Source: Methanococcoides sp.
GTDB lineage: Archaea > Halobacteriota > Methanosarcinia > Methanosarcinales > Methanosarcinaceae
DNA length: 64,000 nucleotides
Assembly: GCA_021108185.1 (NCBI GenBank)
Contig: JAIORJ010000046.1
Span: forward strand, 1-64,000
Direction: 5' to 3'
In this document: positions 8,642 through 18,836 of the stretch, in pieces
How the letters are laid out: every line of letters begins with the position of its first letter
How positions within the stretch are numbered: position 1 is the stretch's first letter
Position numbers and translations under genes: made by a program
The notes under the pieces: model-generated
The model's input: only the letters and a program-made list of their open reading frames with translations
The model's database searches: none
What the model was told of the DNA's origin: nothing

Positions 8642-10417
8642 TCATTTCGCCCAGAATGGGTTATCCCTTCTTTTTATATCCAAGAAGGAGTCAAGTGCTT
8701 CTAATTCATCCGCCGAAAGTGAATCGTAAAGTTCGTGCTCAAGTATCTTAGCATGCCTTTCAGGTATGTTCGCATAGAGAACATCGCCTTCGTTTATCTG
8801 TCTGCCCACTGTAGGGCCATCGATAGACATCGCAACCTCCATGCCGATAGTAGCAACACTTACGTTCTCGCCCCGTGATTGCAAGCCTTTTACAATTCCC
8901 ACTACAGTACCATCGCCTGTCGTAACATCGACCTTCGTCTTGATGGTACCACCTATTACACGTACACCTACAACAGCAGGTTTGCTCTGTCTGAACACAC
9001 AGTCAGGCATAATAGTGAACATAGCGGGTTTGACAATTGTCTCGGAAACGGCCTTTTCGGATATAGCCCGCTGTTCCTTTACCCAATCCCTATAGTCATC
9101 TATCAAACGGTAGATGACATCGTTCATGAACACCTTGACGCCAGTGGATTGTATTTTTTCTTTGGCATCAGGAAGGATATTGACATTAAACCCTACAATA
9201 ACAGAATGGAACGGATCTTCGATAGCGAAAGCTTCCATAATGTCCCTGTTGGAAATATCACCCACATCTGCTTTGCGAATAGGGATATCCTCTTTTTTAA
9301 GTTCATTCACAAGAGCTTCAAGAGAGCCAATTGTATCGGCTTTGATAGTAATACCACTCTGATCGGTATCGATCTGGACATCTTCGACCTCATTACGCAC
9401 CTCTTCAACAACAGCATCCAGTGTTTCAGCAGTAGCTACCCTAACTGAACCTCCGGACAATGCACCATCGAGATGAGGAGCTGAGATCTTAACACCAACT
9501 GCAGCAGTAACCTTACTGACCTGCTTGAACTTATCTTCAACATTGATCTCTGAAAGAGCACGTGGTTTTAGGATAGCACGAACTTTTGTCTGTATAGGTT
9601 CACCCAAACATCCAACAACTATCGTATCACCTTTTTTCAGCACTCCATCATACAGGATAAGATCAAGGGTGGTACCAAGTCCACGCTCTTCTTTGACCTC
9701 CAGAACAGTACCCACACCGGGCCCTTCTGCATTATAATGAAGATTCGATTCAAGGAATCTCTGCGCCAGTCCCAACAGAACCATCAATAGATCAGGAATA
9801 CCTTCACCTGTGATCGCACTGATAGGAATAACACCGATATTATGCTGGAAATCGTTTACACGGTCATATCGATCAGAACTGAAACCATTGTTATACAGTT
9901 CACCCACGACCTCATAGAACTTGGTGTCAAGGCTTCCCCTTACGTGTTCGCTCTGCTTATTGTAAGACGTCATGAAAGGAGCACCTTTTTGAGGGTTCCA
10001 ACCATGGATCTTGTCGATCTTGTTCGCCACAACAACGAACGGGGTCTTATGCTGTTGCAAAATATTCAGGCTCTCGATCGTCTGTGGTTTAAAACCTTCA
10101 TTGATATCAACGATAACAACGGCAAGGTCTGCAAGAGCACCGCCACGACTCCTTAAAGTAGTGAACGCATGATGTCCAGGCGTATCAATGAAAAGAAGTC
10201 CAGGAACCATGAACTTGTCAAGTAGACCTGGATTCCCACATTTTTCCACAATAGCACTTATAGGAACTTCAGTTGCACCAATGTGCTGGGTGATAGCTCC
10301 AGCTTCTCCGGATACAACTGCACTTCCACGTATCATGTCAAGCAGTGAGGTCTTGCCGTGATCCACATGCCCCATAACACAAACGATAGGAGTTCGTAAG
10401 TTATCTTTTACAACCAT
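8642..10417 (-). CDS. infB: translation initiation factor aIF5B (IF-2 family GTPase)
   Basis: G1 'GHVDHGKTSLLD', 'DTPGH', 'NKID'. 591 aa. Conserved position after ndk. Confidence 0.95.
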   Translation of the reverse strand: MVVKDNLRTPIVCVMGHVDHGKTSLLDMIRGSAVVSGEAGAITQHIGATEVPISAIVEKCGNPGLLDKFMVPGLLFIDTPGHHAFTTLRSRGGALADLAVVIVDINEGFKPQTIESLNILQQHKTPFVVVANKIDKIHGWNPQKGAPFMTSYNKQSEHVRGSLDTKFYEVVGELYNNGFSSDRYDRVNDFQHNIGVIPISAITGEGIPDLLMVLLGLAQRFLESNLHYNAEGPGVGTVLEVKEERGLGTTLDLILYDGVLKKGDTIVVGCLGEPIQTKVRAILKPRALSEINVEDKFKQVSKVTAAVGVKISAPHLDGALSGGSVRVATAETLDAVVEEVRNEVEDVQIDTDQSGITIKADTIGSLEALVNELKKEDIPIRKADVGDISNRDIMEAFAIEDPFHSVIVGFNVNILPDAKEKIQSTGVKVFMNDVIYRLIDDYRDWVKEQRAISEKAVSETIVKPAMFTIMPDCVFRQSKPAVVGVRVIGGTIKTKVDVTTGDGTVVGIVKGLQSRGENVSVATIGMEVAMSIDGPTVGRQINEGDVLYANIPERHAKILEHELYDSLSADELEALDSFLDIKRRDNPFWAK

Positions 10418-10572
10418 GACACAACTCTCTCTGAAATCCTGTTGAATTCATTAATATTAAAAAAAACATTCAGGAGCGTTAGTACATAACATACTAACAA
10501 TGAAAGAGGACCGAATTATCGGCCTCTTATCCCTGAATGTTATTCGATCTTCAGATGTCTGATCCTTTCGAA

Positions 10573-11022
10573 TCACTCATACAACCATTCATCATCTGCT
10601 CGTGGATAGCCGGAGATCTCAGACTCTTCAAAGTGAAGAGCTATCTCACGCTCTGCTGATTCCGGAGCATCGGATGCATGGACAACATTTCTACCCATAT
10701 CGACTGCAAGATCGCCGCGGATAGTTCCAGGCAATGCATCGACAGGATTTGTTGCACCATTGATCGCACGCATGATCTTGATCGCGTTATTGCCTTCAAT
10801 GACCATCGAAACGGATGGTCCTGAAGTTACAAAGGATATGAGTGAACCGAAGAAAGGCCTCTCGGAGTGCTCTTTGTAGTGCTCCTTTGCAGCCGCTTCG
10901 GTCATCACATTCATCCTTAATGCTGCGATCTTAAGACCTTTTGTCTCGATTCTTGAGATGATCTCTCCAACAAGACAGCGCTGAACGCCATCTGGTTTGA
11001 CCATTACATAGGTTCGTTCCAT
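10573..11022 (-). CDS. ndk: nucleoside diphosphate kinase
   Basis: '[15 protein letters not shown]', 'NVVHASD' active-site His region. Start at ATG 11022 after a GGTGA SD. Confidence 0.95.
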   Translation of the reverse strand: MERTYVMVKPDGVQRCLVGEIISRIETKGLKIAALRMNVMTEAAAKEHYKEHSERPFFGSLISFVTSGPSVSMVIEGNNAIKIMRAINGATNPVDALPGTIRGDLAVDMGRNVVHASDAPESAEREIALHFEESEISGYPRADDEWLYE

Positions 11023-11036
11023 CAGATTCACCAACA

Positions 11037-11225
11037 TTAGGCTTTCTTCAGGTAGATCCTACCCTGTTCTGTCCAGACAGTACGCCTTGGAAGTCTTCCA
11101 AGATCGAAGTTGCCCTTACACTTAGAAGAACAGAAATAATATGTGGATCCGTCCCTCTTTGCAAAAAGGAGACCTGTACCTGGCTCAAGCAACTCTCCGC
11201 AAAATGAACATTTTCTCTGTTCCAT
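11037..11225 (-). CDS. rpl24e: 50S ribosomal protein L24e
   Basis: 'CSFCG...YYFCSSKC' zinc-ribbon L24e signature. Start at ATG 11225 after an AGGTGA SD (the ORF track extends to GTG 11234). Confidence 0.9.
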   Translation of the reverse strand: MEQRKCSFCGELLEPGTGLLFAKRDGSTYYFCSSKCKGNFDLGRLPRRTVWTEQGRIYLKKA

Positions 11226-11230
11226 TATCA

Positions 11231-11461
<231 letters not shown>

Positions 11462-11468
11462 TCAATGA

Positions 11469-11822
11469 TTATTTGAGTGCAGCGACTTTCTGTGCAACGT
11501 CTTCTACAATTTCGCTGCCCTTTCCTGCATCAGTGATTACAACAGCTGCACAGCCTACACCAATTCCACATGCTGCACCAAGTTCTTTCTGCTGTTTTAC
11601 AAAAATGTATGGTGTGTTCTTTTCTTCGCAAAGAGCTGGAATGTGAGCAACGATCTCGGATGGCTCAATATCAGCTGCGATTACTGCAAGCTTTGTGATG
11701 CCTCTTTCGATAGCTTTTGTTGCTTCGTTTGTACCTTTCTTGATCTTTCCAGTGTCTCTTGCGAGTTCGATTGCTTCAAGCGCTTTATCTGCTAATTCGT
11801 CAGGAACTTCAAATTTAACCAT
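11469..11822 (-). CDS. rpl7ae: 50S ribosomal protein L7Ae (K-turn binding)
   Basis: '[16 protein letters not shown]...AVIAADIEP' L7Ae/L30e signature. Confidence 0.93.
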   Translation of the reverse strand: MVKFEVPDELADKALEAIELARDTGKIKKGTNEATKAIERGITKLAVIAADIEPSEIVAHIPALCEEKNTPYIFVKQQKELGAACGIGVGCAAVVITDAGKGSEIVEDVAQKVAALK

Positions 11823-12047
11823 ATTTATATCTCCTTCGAAACCGCCCTTATCTGCGGTCTGTCATTATTCATTGTAATTAACATCAGCAATGCACATTCA
11901 CTCAGAAATGAGTATATGTTGCATCAACCAAAGTATTTGGTATGAATCGCCACAGTCACATATATAGCTTGCGCCAAAATGGCTGATAGCTCACCAAAGA
12001 CATATGCAGAACAGAATATAAAAAAGAAAAACGAGGTGAGAACAAGC

Positions 12048-12893
12048 TCACCAAGCAGGTTCAGCCATGAAGGTATAGAAATCTGAAGAATCCAAGGTAA
12101 CGGTCACCTTCAAAATATCTTCCTGAGACTCTATATCATAGTCCAGACCCTTATCAGGACCTTCAGCTGCATAAGCAGTTATATTGTTGCGAGTACCATC
12201 TGTCGGATTAAGATAGACAGTAGTGCGTGACAAGCGTGAATCATCAAGGAACATCAGATCAAGGTAATACTGATCTGCAAAACCGTCATTCACGACCATA
12301 ACTTGCTGTATAGGTGCACCCTGCTCCACGAACTCCATCACCCTGCTGAAATCTGATGATGCATTAGCATCGCCTTCCATGACATCCAGAACATCCTCTA
12401 ACCGATCCTGCTGACCAAAGAGCATAGGATTGCCTATTACATTATACAGGTCGCTACCGCGTGAAGCGAAATAGTATCCATTGTACACATCCTCTGAAAG
12501 ATAATAAGGGAAAGCAATGACCTCAGGGTTTATCACATGCATATTGAAACTGTGCTTGTTAGCATATTCTGCAGAGTACAACTTAGTGACCTGAACTCCA
12601 TATACTGAATCCAACTGTGACGTATTACCCATCATAAGGTAAAGTGGTGTATCCCTTATGCTGTCAATGTCAACATACTCTGCAAATACTACTCCTTCAG
12701 GTGTCACTGCAAGACCATCAGCAAGGGAATTCAGTCCATGGTCCACATGTTCACCGGGAATAGATTCAAAGCCAGCGACATCCACAACCGAACTATCCTC
12801 AGTCTCCCCATTCGAGCCTCCACTGAAGAAAAAAGGCAGTATCGACATGACCATTATAACCGCCAAAAAAATGGCTATATATTTTGTATTCAT
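12048..12893 (-). CDS. secreted hypothetical protein
   Basis: N-terminal hydrophobic signal-anchor 'YIAIFLAVIMVMSILPFFF'; no recognisable catalytic motif. Confidence 0.45.
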   Translation of the reverse strand: MNTKYIAIFLAVIMVMSILPFFFSGGSNGETEDSSVVDVAGFESIPGEHVDHGLNSLADGLAVTPEGVVFAEYVDIDSIRDTPLYLMMGNTSQLDSVYGVQVTKLYSAEYANKHSFNMHVINPEVIAFPYYLSEDVYNGYYFASRGSDLYNVIGNPMLFGQQDRLEDVLDVMEGDANASSDFSRVMEFVEQGAPIQQVMVVNDGFADQYYLDLMFLDDSRLSRTTVYLNPTDGTRNNITAYAAEGPDKGLDYDIESQEDILKVTVTLDSSDFYTFMAEPAW

Positions 12894-13038
12894 TTATACT
12901 CTCCAAAAAATCGATGCATTATCGTATCTAATATTTAAAGTAATTACCTACATAATCATATATAAAGACTATTTATCTAATCCTAAAATAAAAGAATAGG
13001 ACAGAAAATATAACCCGATTCATCAGTCCATAAACCAA

Positions 13039-15492
13039 TCAGTCAATAAGTCTTGATGAAGCCATAATACAAGGCTGTCCCGACCATTCACCACAGACAA
13101 GCTTTGTTTCGACCCCGACCAGAAAACCACCCGCACCCACCATGACAGTCTCATAGACTAATTTATCCCCAACCCGGGCACTCGAAAGCATAGAATCAAC
13201 ATTATCCCACTCCCCATCAGGATGAAGCTCAAGGTAATGCATATCTGAAATATCCTCGTCTGAAAGTTTCAGACCTTCTACTAGCATCTTATTTGCATAG
13301 AGTACATATCCATCCATGTCCAGTACCACCAAGATCTCATCCACCATATCAACAAGGGACTGAAGGTCATTGTACTTCTTAGAATCATTTGAATCCGAGC
13401 GGATCTTTGAAATGACCACTCCGATCTGAGTAGCAATGGTCTCAAGGGAATTGCGTGCATCGGCAGGGATCTCATATTCGGAATGCGAGGATAAGCAAAG
13501 CGCTGCAATGACCTTCCCATCATGCATCACAGGGATTATACCGGTAGCATGCAAACCCTCGTACTGGTAGCTCTCACCAGTAGTAATAGCACTAAGCTCC
13601 GAATGATGTTTGTAAACCGGTTGCCCGGCCATCACAAGACGGTTCTGCACAGAATTCTTTCCAAACACCGAAATGTCCTTCACAAAACGCTCTGAAAGAC
13701 CTTTATGCGCCACAAGCCTCAGATCCCCAGTTGCTTCATCAAAAAGATATAATCTTCCAGAATCCACCGGCTCGACTTTTAAGCTGAATTCAAGCATCTG
13801 TTCAAAGGTTTCCTCAAGACTATGCGCAGAACTTAGAACACTATCAAGATCAAATTGCATATGCATAAAATCATCAGAATGTTTACGGTCAGTAACATCC
13901 ACAATGATACCCTGCATATGAGCGACATTCCCACCCTCATCGTGCTTGATGAACGTTCTTTCATCCACCCATCGTATATCGCCGAACTTGGTCAATACCC
14001 GATATTCCTGATTAAAATCCATAAAACCTGCATTTATCCTCTTAGAAAGCTCCTTTTGCACCCTATCAAGATCATAAGGATGTACAATATCAGCATACAC
14101 AAACCTTCCCGAAATAAAATCTTCCACCGAATAACCAAACTGAGTCACATTTTCTGAAACGAACTCAACCGGCCAATCAGGGTCAGCGCGCCAAAGGAAG
14201 ACAACCGCAGGACTATTCTTAATGACATCCCCCAGGATCTTCTGTATGTCAAGAGAACGGCGTAGTTCTTCATCCACCCCCCTATGAAGGAGAATACTCC
14301 ACATACCCTGCATCAGAAGTGTGACCTGACGCACATCGGAAAGATCATAATTATCAGTTTTATTGGCAAGCCCTACAAGAGCAACGATCTTGTCCCTTTC
14401 AAATATAGGAACGCTCAAGAATCGATCGATCTTCATATGCCCTTCAGGATATCCCCTTTTAGAAGGATTCTCCTCAGAATAATCATTGACTATGATCGGC
14501 AATCTCTGTTTCAGAGATTCACCCCAAAGCCCGACATCGACCACATGTGACTGAAGTTTCTTTTTGCCCAGAGAACATTCATTCGTAACGCCCTCGGACC
14601 ATGAATCTGTCGTGATGACACTTTCATCATCGCTCATGAATGCCAGATATCCGATCTTGCTATTAGTCAGTCTTACGACCTCATCCCTGGCAAAATCAAT
14701 GATTTCCTGAATGGAAGCATCCGTCATCTGGTACAAACGTAACAGCGCTTCAATACGTTTTTCTTCACTATGAAGTGCATTCTCTATCTTCTTCCTACCA
14801 GTGATATCAAGAATGATACCCTGAAGATATGTCACATTGCCCTGTAGATCATGTTGTATCTGAGTTCTTTCATCGACCCAGCGCACTTCCCCGGACTTTG
14901 TGAGGATACGATACTCCTGGAAGAAATCCGAATATCCGCCCTCAGTACACTTGGAAACACCTGCACGAACACGGTCAATATCATCAGGATGGACAATATC
15001 ACCATAGACCAGCTTCCCCGATATGAAATCCCCCACCGAATAACCGAACATATCAATGTTCTTCGATACGAACGCTACGGGCCAATCCTTCTCTGCCCTC
15101 CAGAGAAATACAACTACCGGACTGGAATTGATAACGGTCTGAAGCGCCTTGTTCATACCAAGAGCACCATCAAGCAAAGCAATATCATCCATCCTTTGCT
15201 CAGTAATATCCAGAATGATACCATGATAGAACTGGATAGAACCGGAATCATCACAATGAGCGGACGTCCTTTCATCGACCCATCGAATATCCCCGGCCTT
15301 TGTGAGAATACGATATCTGAGGTTGAAATTACGGTCTTTATCATCCATATGAAGAGACGTTTCAGATATTACATGATCAACATCATCGGGATGAATAATA
15401 TCAACATAACGAAACTTTCCGGAGATCAGATCTTTTGCATCATACCCGAATTGTGAGATGTTCTCGGAAACGAACTCCACGGGCCAACCCAT
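13039..15492 (-). CDS. multi-PAS/GAF sensor protein without a recognisable output domain
   Basis: Three PAS repeats with the 'SPVVVFLWRAExDWPVEFVS...IIHPDD...YRILTK.G.VRWV.ERT' signature and two GAF-like blocks ('LPIIVNDY...GYPEGH'). No HisKA/HATPase. ATG at 15492 lies inside the first PAS repeat and follows a GGAGGG SD. Confidence 0.7.
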   Translation of the reverse strand: MGWPVEFVSENISQFGYDAKDLISGKFRYVDIIHPDDVDHVISETSLHMDDKDRNFNLRYRILTKAGDIRWVDERTSAHCDDSGSIQFYHGIILDITEQRMDDIALLDGALGMNKALQTVINSSPVVVFLWRAEKDWPVAFVSKNIDMFGYSVGDFISGKLVYGDIVHPDDIDRVRAGVSKCTEGGYSDFFQEYRILTKSGEVRWVDERTQIQHDLQGNVTYLQGIILDITGRKKIENALHSEEKRIEALLRLYQMTDASIQEIIDFARDEVVRLTNSKIGYLAFMSDDESVITTDSWSEGVTNECSLGKKKLQSHVVDVGLWGESLKQRLPIIVNDYSEENPSKRGYPEGHMKIDRFLSVPIFERDKIVALVGLANKTDNYDLSDVRQVTLLMQGMWSILLHRGVDEELRRSLDIQKILGDVIKNSPAVVFLWRADPDWPVEFVSENVTQFGYSVEDFISGRFVYADIVHPYDLDRVQKELSKRINAGFMDFNQEYRVLTKFGDIRWVDERTFIKHDEGGNVAHMQGIIVDVTDRKHSDDFMHMQFDLDSVLSSAHSLEETFEQMLEFSLKVEPVDSGRLYLFDEATGDLRLVAHKGLSERFVKDISVFGKNSVQNRLVMAGQPVYKHHSELSAITTGESYQYEGLHATGIIPVMHDGKVIAALCLSSHSEYEIPADARNSLETIATQIGVVISKIRSDSNDSKKYNDLQSLVDMVDEILVVLDMDGYVLYANKMLVEGLKLSDEDISDMHYLELHPDGEWDNVDSMLSSARVGDKLVYETVMVGAGGFLVGVETKLVCGEWSGQPCIMASSRLID

Positions 15493-15868
15493 TTCCGCCC
15501 TCCATAAAAAGACAACCGCTGGGCTGGAATTTATAACAGATTTGAAAACCTCTTCCCGGGATGCCGCATCAATAGTAGATACTTTTGCACCGCCTACATT
15601 CGTTTTTTTGGTACTGATGCGATCAACTCCATAATTACTGCTAGATGATACTGTCCATTAATGTTGCTCATAAAGTAATAAGATAAAAGACATATTTATA
15701 CATTGATGAGTGAGCATCCAAAATAACAGTTCATATTATATAAATTTCTGATACTTTAAAATAAATTAGCCTTATGCGGATAAATGTGAAGAGTACACCA
15801 AACCAAAACACTTACTGCCTCAATACCATTGCAAAAAGTATATCACTGGACACCGGATATTTCAATAT

Positions 15869-16759
15869 ATGAATAATATCAAGGACATGTTCCAGCAGGC
15901 ATCTTATAAAAGAAAACTAAAACAAATGGTCAAGAACGCTGAAAGCACATATGGAAAAGGTTATGTGCTCCATGAGATCGGACGATTTGAAGGCGCGCTG
16001 GAAAAATATGATGAAGCAGCATCCATATGGGAAGAACTACAACAAGAGCTGCTGCAAAGCGGAATGGATGATGAGGCCGAGAATGCCGCAAAACGTGAAC
16101 TTGAAGTTCGATTCAACAAATGTTTCATCCTGTTCAAACTGGACAAAAAGGAAGAAGCACTTGCCATAATAGAAGACACGATACAAAAAACACCCGATGA
16201 CATAAAACCCGTATTCAGCAAGGGATTTATACTTTTCAACATCGGTCAATATGAAGAAGCACTCAAGATACTCGACAAGGCCATTTCGCTCGAACCGGAA
16301 TATCCTGATGCATGGTGTTGCAAAGCAAACACCCTCTATCAACTCGAACGTTTTGAAGAAGCCCTTGAATCCTATGAAAAAGCAATCGAATTTGCAGACA
16401 TAATGCACTTCAATTTTCCGCGTTACTCATTCCTGAACACGAACCCTGACCCCACTATCAAGAAAAATGCATCCGGAGTTTGGTATTGCAAAGCCAACAC
16501 CCTTGAAAAGCTGGGAAAGCACAAAGAAGCAATTGAAGCTTACAACAATGCCCTTGAGATCAAACCAGCATTTTCCGATGCATGGTACTGCATGGGGAAC
16601 ACTCTTGAAGAAATGGGAGAGAACGAGAATGCTTTGAATGCATACAGCAATGCACTCGAAGTAGAAAGGGGTTTTACCGCAGCACTTGAGAACAAGGCAA
16701 ACTTACTATTTAAGCTTGGAAGAGAGGAAGAAGCAAAGGAATTGCTCGGTTCAAACTGA
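15869..16759 (+). CDS. tetratricopeptide (TPR) repeat protein
   Basis: Repeated 'A.Y..A....P...DAWY.KGN.L..LG...EA' 34-aa units. Confidence 0.8.
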   Translation: MNNIKDMFQQASYKRKLKQMVKNAESTYGKGYVLHEIGRFEGALEKYDEAASIWEELQQELLQSGMDDEAENAAKRELEVRFNKCFILFKLDKKEEALAIIEDTIQKTPDDIKPVFSKGFILFNIGQYEEALKILDKAISLEPEYPDAWCCKANTLYQLERFEEALESYEKAIEFADIMHFNFPRYSFLNTNPDPTIKKNASGVWYCKANTLEKLGKHKEAIEAYNNALEIKPAFSDAWYCMGNTLEEMGENENALNAYSNALEVERGFTAALENKANLLFKLGREEEAKELLGSN

Positions 16760-16774
16760 GATGTTAGAGAATGA

Positions 16775-17260
16775 TCAATACATCCTCTTATCCGTTTTTT
16801 TTGACCATTCGCTAAGGAGTTCGTGACAATCCTCACACTCCAGGTTCACTTCTTTAAGTACCGAAGGGTCAACACCTTCCCTCAACATTGCATAAATGTC
16901 ACCATCATCAAAACCTATAGATGCAACATCCTCTGTGCTGGTGCAATAGTAGAGCTTCCCAATACGTGCCCACATGATCGCTGAAAGACACATAGGGCAA
17001 GGCATTGTTGTCGCATAGAGCTCACAACCCGACAGATCGAAATCCTCCAGAGCCGCTGATGCCTTACGTATAGCCACGATCTCAGCATGAGCAGACGGAT
17101 CATTGGTCCCAAGAACTTCATTGTGTCCTTTTGAGATGATCTGACCGTCCTTTACAATGACAGCTCCAAAAGGGCCACCTTCATTGTTACGCATACCTTT
17201 TAATGCTTCTTTTACAGCAACACCCATGAAATTGCTCATAGGATCTTCTGACATGTTCAC
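16775..17260 (-). CDS. CDA-fold zinc-dependent nucleoside/nucleotide deaminase (TadA/guanine-deaminase-like)
   Basis: 'HAEIVAI' and 'PCPMC' zinc-binding motifs. Confidence 0.75.
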   Translation of the reverse strand: MNMSEDPMSNFMGVAVKEALKGMRNNEGGPFGAVIVKDGQIISKGHNEVLGTNDPSAHAEIVAIRKASAALEDFDLSGCELYATTMPCPMCLSAIMWARIGKLYYCTSTEDVASIGFDDGDIYAMLREGVDPSVLKEVNLECEDCHELLSEWSKKTDKRMY

Positions 17261-17853
17261 ACCTGTTCATCATACCTTTTAAGAAGAAGGGCCATTGCTT
17301 CCTTATCAAGCTCACTACCACATTTGTTGACAGTGATAGAATATGCTTTTATGAGCCTCATATACTTCTCATCATTCGTCAATTCATATCGAGTAGCGTG
17401 TACACAGGACTCTACCACGAGATTGAAGCCCCTGTTGATTGAATTAAAGATACAGCGACCTGCATGGGCATGCCTTGGAACGAGCTTTGCAACTATTGCT
17501 TCGGAAGTCTCCTTGACCTCATCGCATTCGAATACGACCCAACAAAATGAATCCCTGACAGTTGCAAACCCAAGTCCTTCATAGGAAAGAACTTCAAACT
17601 CCGATTCAGCGAGGTTCCCAAAAGTACTACGCACGAAAATAAGAGGATCATAAACAAGATTCGCAACAAGTATGCGTTCTGCTTTTACATTATCATAGGT
17701 CTGCGAACCTTTGTAAAGTCTTACAAATACATCATTGCCTTTCCTTATGATACCTATTGGAGCTGCATTTGGCTCCCAACCATTAGAGGTAGTCATAATA
17801 ACTTCCGATATACCCTCAGTGATACCAAAATCATCCAGATCGAATTCAGTCAT
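17257..17853 (-). CDS. conserved methanogen protein (DUF447-like; linked to tetrahydromethanopterin biosynthesis clusters)
   Basis: 198 aa. Start overlaps the previous gene (ATGA). Family assignment from memory, low certainty. Confidence 0.4.
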   Translation of the reverse strand: MTEFDLDDFGITEGISEVIMTTSNGWEPNAAPIGIIRKGNDVFVRLYKGSQTYDNVKAERILVANLVYDPLIFVRSTFGNLAESEFEVLSYEGLGFATVRDSFCWVVFECDEVKETSEAIVAKLVPRHAHAGRCIFNSINRGFNLVVESCVHATRYELTNDEKYMRLIKAYSITVNKCGSELDKEAMALLLKRYDEQV

Positions 17854-18836
17854 TAGAATCTCAAACCCCCAAGTAAAGATATGAACAAACCTGCTATGAC
17901 GATATCTGCTGTCGATCCGGGATTTAAGCCTTTCTCCAAAAGCAGTTCATCGAATTCCCCCACATCATCCCAGAAAGGAGACATGTGGTAGCCTGAGCCT
18001 TCTAACCTTTCCACAATACATTTCGCCTGCAATGAAACTTCCTCAGAGGTATTTTCATCGGTCTTTGTCCTGATGAACGTATCAGGTCTTTCAGAAAGCA
18101 GCTTTAGGAACGAAAAAACAACTGCATGATTGATATCAGGTATTAGTGGTACATCGCCGGACATACCCATAAAACGATCCAGCATTTGGGCACACTTCAC
18201 ACAATCACCAAAACCATTGACCCATTCATTAGCGATCTGGTCATAGCCCTGTGAGATCTTCATGAGGTCATAGAGAGTCAGTCCCCCCTCCCTCAATGAT
18301 ACAAATGATGAATCATCCTGAAGATCGAACTCATCCACATCGTTCACACGCACCCCTGCTGAACGGAACGCCTTATAGAAATCAATAGCATCATCAGTAT
18401 CCGTTGAACTGACTATTTCATGGGCACGGGCAACGAGCTCATCCATATCGAGATCATTACCACTGCCAAGGATCTCACCAGCAGCCATTGAAAGAGGTAT
18501 AAGGAGAAGAAATGCCCCAAAATGCGTGTTCCCACCGCTCTGCCAGCTATTACTATGACAGACCGCACTTCTTAGCAGAGCACCAACCCGGGCATCTTTT
18601 TTTGCTGCAGCTTCAATAACGGGATGAATACTTACCGCAGATGCCAGAAAATGTTCATACCTGGTATCCTCATAGTCATGGTGCCTGTCAATATTACCCG
18701 GCTTTGGAGATGAGGAAACCTCAAGTATCATTGCCAGCTGTGCACAGCATGCGATATGTGAGTATACAGACCGGTTGTTACAACCATCAATAGAATGCAT
18801 ACCCTGATCACTGTTCATTAACAGGTTTTTTGGCAT
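17853..18836 (-). CDS. triphosphoribosyl-dephospho-CoA synthase (CitG/MdcB)-like protein
   Basis: Helical protein with Gly-rich segments ('GGNTHFGAFLL'). Size and context (overlaps both flanking genes) are typical of the archaeal CitG-like gene in H4MPT-associated clusters. Confidence 0.45.
   Translation of the reverse strand: MPKNLLMNSDQGMHSIDGCNNRSVYSHIACCAQLAMILEVSSSPKPGNIDRHHDYEDTRYEHFLASAVSIHPVIEAAAKKDARVGALLRSAVCHSNSWQSGGNTHFGAFLLLIPLSMAAGEILGSGNDLDMDELVARAHEIVSSTDTDDAIDFYKAFRSAGVRVNDVDEFDLQDDSSFVSLREGGLTLYDLMKISQGYDQIANEWVNGFGDCVKCAQMLDRFMGMSGDVPLIPDINHAVVFSFLKLLSERPDTFIRTKTDENTSEEVSLQAKCIVERLEGSGYHMSPFWDDVGEFDELLLEKGLNPGSTADIVIAGLFISLLGGLRF

Noticed and set aside
8879-9448. 189-aa plus-strand ORF inside infB, and similar antisense ORFs inside ileS, the ALDH gene, 19085-19807 and 62545-63063
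   Set aside because: They lie entirely within well-supported genes on the opposite strand, have biased odd composition and no initiation signals.
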